Positions 46,501-55,056 of a stretch of DNA of 64,000 nt are shown one piece after another. Location: positions 256,001 to 320,000 of the forward strand of contig JANRKS010000005.1 in assembly GCA_033763315.1 (NCBI GenBank), in the 5' to 3' direction. Every line of letters begins with the position of its first letter. Positions within the stretch are counted from its first letter, which is position 1. The stretch comes from Deltaproteobacteria bacterium. Lineage in GTDB: Bacteria; Myxococcota_A; Polyangia; Fen-1088. Position numbers and translations under genes: made by a program. The notes beneath the pieces were generated by a model. It ran no database searches. It worked only from the letters and a program-made list of their open reading frames with translations, and was not told where the DNA came from.

Positions 46501-46985
46501 TCGTTGTCTGGATCGGCGCACCTGACACAACCATTGCCCGTGGCGCTGCCGTTGCGGCATTCGTCGTAATCTGGATTCAGCGCTGGCACGTCATACGAAC
46601 ATAGATTGCCCGCGCACGAGTTCGCCGAGCTGTTGCTGCCCACGCAGTCGCTTTGCGACACACACGCCCCGCCAAGTTCGTTCTGGTGGTACCGAGCCAG
46701 CGAAAATTCGGCCGCGCCAAACGCTGCGATGGTGTCGTTCAAAGCCGCTTTGGCTTGGAAGAGCTTGCTGTCGTCAAAGGATCCGTTGTTGTCGAGGTCG
46801 CATCCTGGGTGCAGCTTAGACCCATCGCCATGCGTTTCTACGCGCGACGCGTTTTCAGACATCGACCCCGACGTATCCACCAGGATGACGAAGCGGGGCT
46901 TGACGGGAGCTGCCCACGCCTTGGGGGCAATACCCACAGCACCCACGCATAACAAGCAAAGGTAGGCAAGGTAGGGGAAGCGCAT
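43578..46985 (-). CDS. vWA-domain adhesin with MopE-like Cys-rich stalk and MYXO-CTERM
   Basis: MIDAS DTSGS, TPIGGSL, ILITDG; 9 CDGxDNDCDG-type repeats; EGF-like Cys run; GGGCTC..RRRR. Confidence 0.87.
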   Translation of the reverse strand: MRFPYLAYLCLLCVGAVGIAPKAWAAPVKPRFVILVDTSGSMSENASRVETHGDGSKLHPGCDLDNNGSFDDSKLFQAKAALNDTIAAFGAAEFSLARYHQNELGGACVSQSDCVGSNSSANSCAGNLCSYDVPALNPDYDECRNGSATGNGCVRCADPDNDPTAVFYNGNLCCVGSDPKANGFGMAGDVLVSFPNGNTGNQSQLLSWIDGDETFPGGGNKELRAVGITPIGGSLNAVRDWLINDASPAGPTPGVLNRDAQVDCRSYNVILITDGIETASCTNNCGVNGAAAAENLYFACTNGGLWDPVDARCERSGSPANTRRIKVRTYVVGFTVNDPSLNAIAASGGTGSALLANNRAELTARLGDIIAASIPNEKCDCKDNTCDGEIDETFPSKGQVCSVGVGRCKRQGVLACKADGSGVACSSTPAGVCPATVVQMGGAVEERCGSSPGCLAPTAEDCADDDCDGLVDENLSCSCTAKPEVCNGLDDDCNGTIDDIPPTSCGLSIGECKPGQLQCADDGNGGKKAVCVGGTASSPELCDGKDNDCDGITDGFGLSCFPAAAGCTRNETPLACQAAPATAWTCLGICQTGVLTCEAGSCGACVNAVTAQTEVACDGLDNDCDGQTDEGFGLGQACGTEKAGVGSCRAGVLRCVQNALSCEGSVPAKDEVCNGQDDDCDGVTDNLKGACGPTKGECKAGAWRCEGAVPVCEQANGPRPEYCDGKDNDCDGQTDDEPMDAELVVPTGCGVAEGVCRKGMLKCLGGGIRCDDSVMPSFERCNALDDDCDGQTDESINPPGMCPPPGLSASAGVKGECRPGANMCVSDGMGGAAWMCKGGVGPVAEICDGKDQDCDGVIDNAAPCPDGFGCAFGECAPRCRGGEFECASDRVCQDGLCVQTECVRTPCDPGFRCDFKRGCVDRCEGVKCDEGFRCDNGSCVSCQVDGCPAGQLCRGNTCEPDPCLSVTCNSNTYCSGGACVPSCTGVSCGNAQSCRLGQCVADKCSGVTCAPTGFCQPATGGCEPNPCVLIRCLRGLTCVPSKAACVPDPCLATVCKGKDVCFVHDDGVAECLAPESLPGIKPYGRVSAAGGGGCTCSLASQAQPPQGLWLPSGITLLAVARLRRRRALQAKGGAQ

Positions 46986-47167
46986 AGGCCGCTATATTGA
47001 CACCAAGCGCCAGCTTTCAGGAAGTCGCCTTTTGGTGAAAAGCGAGGACGCCTTGCGCTGCAGGGGGGTGATGGAGGTACACAAAGGCCCAGGACGGAGA
47101 CAAAAGCTCCCTCAAACGCCTTTCTGCATCCAAGCGGAACCCCGCTGGGCCGGGGGGCCCCTGGCGG

Positions 47168-47941
47168 CTAGGAGGCCGGCCTAAATTTCATGCGGCCCGG
47201 GGCACGCAGCACCTTGGCGATGAGTTCGCCTTGCGAGTGCACACCGAGCTTGCGGTAGATCGCTTTTACGTGGTTGCGGGCCGTGTGAACGCTGATGAAG
47301 AACATATGTGCCAGCTCACGCGGCTTCTTGCCAGCGACGATGGCGCGCAGCAGTTCCTTCTCACGGCGCGAAAGTTCGCCGGCTTCTTCGGCGCTCAACA
47401 TGGCCACCGGATCGTTTTCATCTTCGCTGGCGTTGACCGAAGGCACCTCTTGCGTGCTCAACAGGCCCGCGATGGCGGGATCAGGCGAGGGGCCGGCTTC
47501 GCGATCCAATTCATCAACCAGCACCGCTTGACGCCGCGATAGATGTACCAAGCGTTGCGTGACTGATTTGACGGCGTGGCGGCGGAGGGCATCGCGGATC
47601 GCCATCGACAGCTCGGAGGTATCGCAGGGCTTTTGTAGCAACCGAAACACGCGGCCTTCGTTGATGCTGCGCACGGCAAGCTTCAAATCCGCGTGGCCCG
47701 TCAACATGATCTTCGGCAAATGCGGCTGCTCTTTGGCCAGCTCGACGAGAAATTCTGAGCCCGACTGGCCTGGCATCCGTTCGTCGAGCACCAACGCCCC
47801 GATCGGTTCACGCGCCAACACCGCGCGCGCTTCTTCAACGGAGTGTGCACCAACAATTTCATAAGGCTCTTTGCGCAGCGCCAACTTCAGCCCTTCGATG
47901 ACCTCGGGCTCGTCGTCTACCACTAAAACCTTGTCGTACAT
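47168..47941 (-). CDS. Response regulator, REC + LuxR-type HTH
   Basis: VLVVDDE, LVLDERMPG, MLTG, KP; LSRREKE..ISVHTARNHVKAIYRKLGV. Confidence 0.93.
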   Translation of the reverse strand: MYDKVLVVDDEPEVIEGLKLALRKEPYEIVGAHSVEEARAVLAREPIGALVLDERMPGQSGSEFLVELAKEQPHLPKIMLTGHADLKLAVRSINEGRVFRLLQKPCDTSELSMAIRDALRRHAVKSVTQRLVHLSRRQAVLVDELDREAGPSPDPAIAGLLSTQEVPSVNASEDENDPVAMLSAEEAGELSRREKELLRAIVAGKKPRELAHMFFISVHTARNHVKAIYRKLGVHSQGELIAKVLRAPGRMKFRPAS

Positions 47942-48001
47942 TCTTGGTGTCCTTGTGCGCGCAAAATGTGGCGCCGTTTGTCTCTACAACGTTCTGTTTG
48001 G

Positions 48002-48028
48002 TCATCGGCACTTATGTTTTAGCCTTTA
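48002..48028 (-). promoter_or_regulatory. Sigma28 (FliA/WhiG)-type promoter TAAA-N15-GCCGATGA
   Basis: Near-consensus match upstream of the response regulator. Confidence 0.7.
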
Positions 48029-48060
48029 GCCCTTATTCGTCCCTGGTTGGTCCAGGGGCG

Positions 48061-48088
48061 TCAAGATGGCCCATGGTTCAGCCGATGA
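48061..48088 (+). promoter_or_regulatory. Sigma28-type promoter TCAA-N16-GCCGATGA
   Basis: Divergent partner promoter upstream of the histidine kinase. Confidence 0.6.
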
Positions 48089-48101
48089 GGCTGGTGAACT
48101 G

Positions 48102-49016
48102 ATGGCTACGAAGAAGAATACGCCGGCGCGCGCAGCGTCAGAGCGCGGCCACGCACGCCGCACACCTTCCACGGAAGAGCGCCTCAATATTGATATGCGT
48201 CACGCGCAGAAGCTGCAAGCGTTGGGCTTGTTGGCCACGGGCATTGCCCACGAGATCAGCACTCCAGTGCAGTTCGTGGGTGACAGCATGACGTTCTTGC
48301 GCGGCGCCTTCTGCGATCTCGAGCGCTTTGCGGTGGCCGTGCAAACGTTGGTGGATGACGAGAACGTGCAGGATGTGGCCGCGGTGAAACTGCGGCTGCG
48401 CGACATGCTGGCCGAATCAGATGTGGACTATGTGATCGCGCGCATGCCTCGTGCTGTGGATCGTGTCATTGATGGTTTAAGCCGCGTGTCTTCCATTGTT
48501 CGCGCCATGAAAGACTTTTCGCATTTGGACCAACGCGAAAAGCAGCCCGCTGATCTAAATGATGCGATCGATAAAACTTTGATCATCACCAAGGGCGAAT
48601 ACAAACACGTGGCCGACGTGATCAAAGAATTGGGCGCGTTGCCGCGCGTGCGTTGCCACGTGGGAGACATTCAACAGGTGTTGGTCAACTTGGTGATCAA
48701 TGCCTCGCACGCCATCGAAAGCAAGGCCGCCGAAGAGGGCAAACGCGGCCTGATTCGCGTGCGCAGCTTCGTCGAGGAACACTCTGAAAAGCCTTACGTG
48801 GTTGTGGCCGTGCAAGACAATGGCGGTGGCATCCCAACAGATGTGGCCGCGCGTGTGTTTGAACCGTTCTTCACCACGAAGGAACCAGGCCGGGGAACGG
48901 GGCAAGGTCTGCCGATTTCGCGAGAAATCGTGGTGGATCGTCATGGCGGCTCGCTGGAGTTTGATTCAGTGCCAGGCGTGGGCACGACGTTCTACGTGCG
49001 GCTTCCCGTTGTCTAA
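48102..49016 (+). CDS. Cytoplasmic histidine kinase without sensor domain
   Basis: H-box AHEISTP, N-box NLVINA, DNGGGI, FEPFFTTK, GTGQGL. Confidence 0.92.
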   Translation: MATKKNTPARAASERGHARRTPSTEERLNIDMRHAQKLQALGLLATGIAHEISTPVQFVGDSMTFLRGAFCDLERFAVAVQTLVDDENVQDVAAVKLRLRDMLAESDVDYVIARMPRAVDRVIDGLSRVSSIVRAMKDFSHLDQREKQPADLNDAIDKTLIITKGEYKHVADVIKELGALPRVRCHVGDIQQVLVNLVINASHAIESKAAEEGKRGLIRVRSFVEEHSEKPYVVVAVQDNGGGIPTDVAARVFEPFFTTKEPGRGTGQGLPISREIVVDRHGGSLEFDSVPGVGTTFYVRLPVV

Positions 49017-49093
49017 CGTCGCGTGCGATCGCTATTGAGCCACGCCGCCCGTTAGGTGCCAAGGCTCATCGCCCTGACACCTGCGAACCCGCC

Positions 49094-52000
49094 TCACTGC
49101 TCGACGCAGTAAATCGGCCGTGCCGTCGAGCAAGACGTGGCTTTGATGATCCCCGGGTTGTAGAAGAACGTCGATTGAGTGGAGCTGCTGTGCCCCAAAA
49201 CAGCGCCGTTGAGCAGCAGGCCACCCGCCCAGTTTTTGCACGTGGAAGCCGAGTCACCGTTGGCTGTGACTGATGTGGCGCCGGTATACACGTTGGCCGG
49301 GCCCACAAAGGTGTTCAACGAAGTTTCCCAAATGCCGGTGAGCAACGAGGCTTTCAAGATTTGATCGCCTTGACCAATGCGCTCGCCTGAAGGCGTGACG
49401 TAAAGTTCCTTGGGGTTGATCACGCCCGCAGCGCTGCGTCCGTCCTGCGCCAGCAACGCACGCACCGCCACGGCGCCCTTGGGTGCATTGGCGGCGCACA
49501 CGGCGTCTGCGTCAGCGATGCTGCCGCCGGGTGTGAACAACTTGCCAACCGAAGCGTCGCCACTGATGTAGATGCGTTTACCTTTGGCCCCCGAGTGAGC
49601 CAACGTGACTGCCTTGCTTTTGCCAAAGCAGTAGATACGGTTGCGGGTGCCGCAGTTGGTGCCCACGCCGCCATTGGTCCACCCGCCAGGTCCGAAGGTG
49701 CGATCGCCTGCGGTGGGAATCAGCGTCGCGTCCGCGGTAGACCATTCTTTGCAGGTGCCCGTCAGTGACGGATCGCCGTTGCTCAACGTCCCAGTCATCA
49801 CAGCGTTGCTGCCACCGTCGTTGCCGTATTCGTCCAATAGGATGGGGTTCCAGATGCCGTTGGCATTTAGAAGAGCGTCCATGGTGGCCGCCACGGGCAC
49901 ACCATCCAATCGCCGCCAGCCGCTTGCACCATCCAAGCGCTTGTAGGGCACCGAGCCCGCGTCAGACATCCACGCCACGTAGCCAAGGTTGTCTTTCGTG
50001 TTGATGCCTGCCTTGCTGGCCAGCTCGTTGCAAACGCTGTCGTATTTTCCAGCGGAGCCATAATCGGACGGAAAGGCCTGCGACGAAACGAACACCAAGT
50101 TTGCGTCCATGACGTTGAAGTTGGCAGAGGCGTTTACGGGCGCTGTGGATAGCGTGACGCCACAGGAAGCTCCGGGGCCCCCACAACCTGGCGCGGTGAA
50201 TCCGGTAAAATACGAATCGCTGCCATTCTCGGTTGAGGCGTTAAGGGTAACGGTGGTGCCAGAATCGTAAACGCTCGAGCACGTGCCAGGGCAAGAGATG
50301 CCGCTTGGTGCACTGACCACTGTGCCTTTGCCGCTACCTGTGGTTGCAACCGTCAAGCGGTAACCGCCGCGACCCGACAACGCCAACTGCGCTGTGCCGC
50401 CTGGTGAGGCCGTGGCGCTCAAGGTGTAGTTCTGCGCGCCACCGCTCGTAGGTTTGAACGAGACGAGCACATCACAGCTTTGGCCGGGCGCGATCGCCGT
50501 GCCGCAATTGTTGGTCACCAAGTAGGCGGTCGGTATGTTGCTGGAGAGCGCGGGCACGCCCGTGGAAACGCCACCCACGTTGGTGAGCTTCCAGGTGAAC
50601 GAAGCGCTCGATGTGCCCACCTCCACCAAACCGAAATCTTTGGACGAGGCATTGGCTTGCATTTGCCCTTGCGCGAGGCCGGCTCCGTCCATATTCGCGC
50701 TCTTCGCGCCGCCCGGCGACGCAGAAACGTTGAGTGTGGCTGTACGAGCTCCGACAGCGCCCGGTGTGAAACGAACACGCAGTTGGCATGAGGTGATGGT
50801 GCTGTCCAAACGCGTGGTGGCCATAATGCAGTCACCGGCCGCGCCCGCGAGGATCGCAAACTCGCCCGCTTGTGCGCCAGTGACGTTGAATCCCAACGTG
50901 CCTGTGGCCACGTCACCGGTGTTGGTGACGGTGAAGGTTTTGTCCACGCTGCCGCCCGTCACAACGCTGCCGAACGCTTGGCCCGCAGGCGACAAGGAAA
51001 GCGCGGCGGGCGCCAAGCCCACGCCGTTCATCTGTGCCGTGACGCTGCCTCCCGGTGACGCCGATACTGCGAGACTCGCCGAGCGCGTGCCCGCCACCGC
51101 GGGCTGCAGCTGAATCACGATCGTGCATGTTTCATTGGGTGCCAGCGCCTTGTTCGCGCAGTTGTTGGCCGCCACGGGGAACTCGGCCGTGGCCGAGCCC
51201 GTCAACATGCCCGTCAACGCTCCTGTGCTGGCGCCGCCCGCGTTTTTCACCGTGAACGTTTTGGTTGCGCTCTTGGCGCCTACAACAGTGGGATCGAAAT
51301 TTTGGGATGATGGCGTGATCTCGAGGCTGCCTGGCAAAAGGCCCGTGCCCGACAACGCGGCGCTGGTTTTCAAACCGCCCACCGTTACGTCAAGCGTGCC
51401 TGTAAAACCACCCACATCACTTGGCGCGAACACCACTTGAATCGAGCATGTTTCAGTCGGCGCCAGAGCCGCCGTGCAGGTGTTGGTGCCCAAGATGAAG
51501 TTTGGATCGGTGATCGTCGCGACCGGAATGGCCGAAGTCACGCCGCCTTTGTTGGTGAGCACGAACGCTTGAGCGCCGCCTTTTTGACCTTTGACGACGC
51601 TGCCGAAGTTGTTGGTGTCGGGCGTGATCTGCACTGCGGCGGGCGCCAGCGCTTTGCCATCCAAGCTGGCCACCGCCGTGCCGCCGGGCATACCCGTCAC
51701 GGTCAATGTCGCCGTCTTGTTGCCTTCGCTCTTCGGCGAGAACTTCACCGCCACTTTACAGGTACCGGTGCTGGGCACCATCACGTTGGAACACGCGTCC
51801 GCCGCGATCTTGAAGTCTTGAGCGTCGCTGCCCGCCAACGCGACAGCCAACACACCCGTAGGCGTCCCGCCGGTGTTGGCAATCGTGAATTCGAAGTCAC
51901 CGCTCGCTTTGTCTTTTTCTAGGTCAGCAAAGCTGTGCATCGCTGGGCTGACTTGCAGTGCGCCTGCGGCCACGCCCGCGGCGGCCAAATCAATCTTTAC

Positions 52001-52771
52001 CTTCCCACCCGGCATGCCTTCCACCAGTAGTGCACCTGTGGCGCCGCCCGCGGCGTTCGGCGAGAACACAACGCCGGCTGTGCAGCTTTCTTGCGGCTTT
52101 AGACCTTTGCCGCTGCATACGTCGTTCGCGGTTTGAAACGCGAGGCTGCCCGTCAAAGAAACGGCCAAAGAGCCCGACACGTCGCCACCGTTGTTGGTGA
52201 TCTTGATGCTCACCGTGGGGCTGTTCATGCCCACCACCGTCGCGCCAAAATCCACCGATGCGCGGTTGGCCACCAAGAAGGCAACGCCAGGCATTGGCAT
52301 GGTATCGAGTTTGGCGTCTGGTGCCTTCATCGCGTCTGGGCCGTCGCCGTTTGTGGGCGCGTCGGCCGTTGGGTCCGCATCAACGGCACCGCCATCTGGG
52401 CCCGGCATCATATTTCCGTTGGGGCTCAGCGTGATGGTAACGGTGCGTGTTTCACCGCGCACGATCGCCGTGCTGCCCGCGCCTTGTGCCACTTGCAACG
52501 CGCCCGCATAAGCGGTGCCCGTCGCAACCAGATCCCCTGCGCCCGTTCCAATCTCAAACGCGGCGGTCAGGGGAAACGTCAGCGGTGTGCCGCCATTGGT
52601 AAGCTCGCGGTTTGCGCCTTGCCCCGCAAAGGCCAACGCCAAATCCACCTTGGTGATTCCTGCGGGGGCCGTTCCCTGCTCGATTTTCACAAGCAAGTAT
52701 GTGCCATTTTCGCCGCTACACGCAGCCAACGCCAAAATCGCTGCCAGCGCACCCCAACGTCGTGTTGTCAT
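49094..52771 (-). CDS. Large surface lipoprotein: 6 choice-of-anchor D/ASH Ig repeats, InlB-B-like repeat, two DUF1554-like domains
   Basis: Lipobox LAAC; six (D/N)FG..TNxGG..C..LAPxxSC..V.FxP repeats; LTV..GSGKGTV; VFVSS..DSVC and ADADAVC..YCVEQ. Confidence 0.82.
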   Translation of the reverse strand: MTTRRWGALAAILALAACSGENGTYLLVKIEQGTAPAGITKVDLALAFAGQGANRELTNGGTPLTFPLTAAFEIGTGAGDLVATGTAYAGALQVAQGAGSTAIVRGETRTVTITLSPNGNMMPGPDGGAVDADPTADAPTNGDGPDAMKAPDAKLDTMPMPGVAFLVANRASVDFGATVVGMNSPTVSIKITNNGGDVSGSLAVSLTGSLAFQTANDVCSGKGLKPQESCTAGVVFSPNAAGGATGALLVEGMPGGKVKIDLAAAGVAAGALQVSPAMHSFADLEKDKASGDFEFTIANTGGTPTGVLAVALAGSDAQDFKIAADACSNVMVPSTGTCKVAVKFSPKSEGNKTATLTVTGMPGGTAVASLDGKALAPAAVQITPDTNNFGSVVKGQKGGAQAFVLTNKGGVTSAIPVATITDPNFILGTNTCTAALAPTETCSIQVVFAPSDVGGFTGTLDVTVGGLKTSAALSGTGLLPGSLEITPSSQNFDPTVVGAKSATKTFTVKNAGGASTGALTGMLTGSATAEFPVAANNCANKALAPNETCTIVIQLQPAVAGTRSASLAVSASPGGSVTAQMNGVGLAPAALSLSPAGQAFGSVVTGGSVDKTFTVTNTGDVATGTLGFNVTGAQAGEFAILAGAAGDCIMATTRLDSTITSCQLRVRFTPGAVGARTATLNVSASPGGAKSANMDGAGLAQGQMQANASSKDFGLVEVGTSSASFTWKLTNVGGVSTGVPALSSNIPTAYLVTNNCGTAIAPGQSCDVLVSFKPTSGGAQNYTLSATASPGGTAQLALSGRGGYRLTVATTGSGKGTVVSAPSGISCPGTCSSVYDSGTTVTLNASTENGSDSYFTGFTAPGCGGPGASCGVTLSTAPVNASANFNVMDANLVFVSSQAFPSDYGSAGKYDSVCNELASKAGINTKDNLGYVAWMSDAGSVPYKRLDGASGWRRLDGVPVAATMDALLNANGIWNPILLDEYGNDGGSNAVMTGTLSNGDPSLTGTCKEWSTADATLIPTAGDRTFGPGGWTNGGVGTNCGTRNRIYCFGKSKAVTLAHSGAKGKRIYISGDASVGKLFTPGGSIADADAVCAANAPKGAVAVRALLAQDGRSAAGVINPKELYVTPSGERIGQGDQILKASLLTGIWETSLNTFVGPANVYTGATSVTANGDSASTCKNWAGGLLLNGAVLGHSSSTQSTFFYNPGIIKATSCSTARPIYCVEQ

Positions 52772-52818
52772 AAGAATCAAGCTCCTGTCGAAACGAAAAA
52801 ACGCCGCGCAGGGGGCGC

Positions 52819-53454
52819 TCAAAACACTTTGGTCACAGGGAAATCAGCCTTGGGGGCAGCGCTGCCGCCGCCCGAAGAAACGGCAATCACGGCCACGGTT
52901 CCAAGCGCCACAGCGCCTATCGCGGTCCAAAACCACCACTGCTTATAGATGGGTGCATCGCCCGTGGGCGTGGCCGTATCTTTTAACGTTGTGCCATCGG
53001 TGGGCTCAGGTGGTGCCACGGCCATAGGCAAAGGAGGCGGTGGGGTTGTGGGGGCCGCGGTCACGGGCGCCGCGTTGATGGGCTCTGGTTCCTGCTTCTG
53101 CGCGCTTTGTTTATCGAGCTCGGTTTGCATCTCCGCGATCCGGCGCTCAACTTCAGGGCGGTTGGGCGCTTCGGGCAGATTCCGCAGAAACGATTTGTAA
53201 AAGAAGATCGCTTTATCGGGCTTGTTCCACAGGCGGTAGGCCTGAGCGATGTTAAACAAGAACACCGGATCGGGCTTCGCATCATACCCGCTCTTGTATG
53301 CGGTGACGGCTTCCTCGAACTCACCCAAATTGTAGTGCTTGGTGCCCTCTTTATAGAGGCGTTTGCTATCGGCTTCGGGGTCAGCTGCGTGTGCCACAGA
53401 CGACGCTGCCAACCACACCAATACAAGGCAACTTAGAAACTGTTTCAGGCCCAT
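52819..53454 (-). CDS. Secreted TPR protein with C-terminal YKQWWFW hydrophobic segment
   Basis: Signal peptide; YNLGEFEEA..FNIAQAYR TPR; Pro linker; start MGLKQ. Confidence 0.85.
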   Translation of the reverse strand: MGLKQFLSCLVLVWLAASSVAHAADPEADSKRLYKEGTKHYNLGEFEEAVTAYKSGYDAKPDPVFLFNIAQAYRLWNKPDKAIFFYKSFLRNLPEAPNRPEVERRIAEMQTELDKQSAQKQEPEPINAAPVTAAPTTPPPPLPMAVAPPEPTDGTTLKDTATPTGDAPIYKQWWFWTAIGAVALGTVAVIAVSSGGGSAAPKADFPVTKVF

Positions 53455-53578
53455 GATCTCGCGCTCGGGTTTGCGCCGAAAATACGGCTTTTCCCAAAGC
53501 AACGGCTCTCTGCGCCAATTTCTTGAGCGCGGTCGCGCATTTGGCACCCACACAGGCGGTGCAGGTGCGCAAAGTCGC

Positions 53579-54787
53579 TTAAGCGGATTGAGCGGCTTCT
53601 TCAGCCGCGATGGCGCGCCACTTGTCGATTTTGTTTTTGGCACCCAAAGCTTCGATGAGCTCCGGGTCCAAGTGCTCTTGTGGCTCAAGCCCAGCCGTCA
53701 CGGTCATCTGTGCATTCGCCAACGCACTGGCGATGTGAGTGATGGTGCACAGGTCAAGCGCCGGATCCATCGTGCGCGGCAAAGGCCACGGGTCGTCATG
53801 GGTGGCCACGGCCTCCATTAGCTCTAGCGGCAAACCCCACAGGCCCAACAAATACGCACCCGCTTGCGCGTGCGTTGCGTGAATCACCTCGCGTTCGGCG
53901 GCGATGAGTGGGATTTTTTTCTGCTGCGCCACCTCGATGGCCTTGGCCATGTCACGTGCGTCGCCCACGCCAAGCACCAGCAGGCCGATCTCGTGCAGAA
54001 CGCCTGCCAAAAAAGCGGCTTGCCCCGGCACGTCCGGCGGGCAGATGCGGCTCGCGATGCGCCCGACCAAAACGGCATGGCGCCGAAGCTTGTCGACGTT
54101 GAGCCCCGAACTCGCGGGCAGCGGATCTGTGGATTCGAACACCTCGACGGACAGCACCAAGTTGCGCACGGTGAGAAAGCCCAGGTGAACCACAGCTTCC
54201 TCGGGCGTTTGAATCTTGCGCGCCAACCGGAAGAACGACGAGTTTGCCAGTTGCAACAGCTTCGCGGCCATCGCCGGCTCGCTCGCGATGATGTCGGCGA
54301 TGTCTTTGGCGCTGGCGTCGCCCATCTCAATCGCGCTCACCAACGAGGCGTATATTCGCGGCGCCGGCGGTAAACGTTCGATCCGGCCGACGCAGGCCCG
54401 GACGTTTTCTTCGGGCAGCAACGCGCGGATGCGCTCGGCGCGCGAGAGCACATCTTCTAAACGGCCACGGTCGCATGGTTTCAGGATCATTTGCTGCGCC
54501 ACTGGCAGCAAGCGCTCGGCCGATCGCACGTCGCTTTGCCCCGTGAGCACCGCGCGCATCACGTGCGGGTGGCGAAGCCGAAGTTCCGTCAACAGCTGTG
54601 CCCCATCCATTTGGGGCATCCGCATGTCGGTGATGACCATGTCGATGTTGGAACGTTCCAATATCTCCAACGTCTCTGCCCCGCTGCTCGCAAAAGACAA
54701 GCTCCACCGGTGCCGGAAGGGACGCAACATGTCCCGTAGGGCTTCTAGAACATAGGGCTCGTCATCGACGAAAAGGGCTTTGAGCAC
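53579..54787 (-). CDS. Response regulator, REC + HDOD domain
   Basis: LFVDDE, ITDMRMP; LPPAP, KLLQLANSSFF, AVVHLG, LHEIG, HAQAGAYLLGLWGLP. Confidence 0.92.
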   Translation of the reverse strand: MLKALFVDDEPYVLEALRDMLRPFRHRWSLSFASSGAETLEILERSNIDMVITDMRMPQMDGAQLLTELRLRHPHVMRAVLTGQSDVRSAERLLPVAQQMILKPCDRGRLEDVLSRAERIRALLPEENVRACVGRIERLPPAPRIYASLVSAIEMGDASAKDIADIIASEPAMAAKLLQLANSSFFRLARKIQTPEEAVVHLGFLTVRNLVLSVEVFESTDPLPASSGLNVDKLRRHAVLVGRIASRICPPDVPGQAAFLAGVLHEIGLLVLGVGDARDMAKAIEVAQQKKIPLIAAEREVIHATHAQAGAYLLGLWGLPLELMEAVATHDDPWPLPRTMDPALDLCTITHIASALANAQMTVTAGLEPQEHLDPELIEALGAKNKIDKWRAIAAEEAAQSA

Positions 54788-54880
54788 GGATTTCTTAATC
54801 CTTTTGGACTATCGCCTACTTCGTACAGGTCAATGGTCCCTGCGCGCAACCCCCCATTGCTCGAAACGTGGCAAAAAGAG

Positions 54881-54908
54881 ATCTCGGCGGGTAATCGGGG
54901 TTCCTTTA
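54881..54908 (-). promoter_or_regulatory. Sigma28-type promoter TAAA-N16-GCCGAGAT
   Basis: Upstream of the REC-HDOD gene; similar to the two sites at 48.0 kb. Confidence 0.5.
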
Positions 54909-55056
54909 GGTCACCACTGCGAAACGCAACCGCCCAGGCAACCGTGCCGTCCCGGGCAGCTCACAAGGCGTTACACTTAGGCGGATAGACCATCTTTGTT
55001 AAGCTCACTGTGAGCTACCCCCCAGGATTCTTTGAGCCCTGGCCAGCTTCTGCCCC

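Noticed and set aside
54790-55056. Possible c-di-GMP or other riboswitch upstream of REC-HDOD, including the palindrome AGCTCAC-T-GTGAGCT near 55002-55016
   Set aside because: I could not match a riboswitch core by eye; an Infernal/Rfam scan would be needed. The palindrome alone is too short to call.
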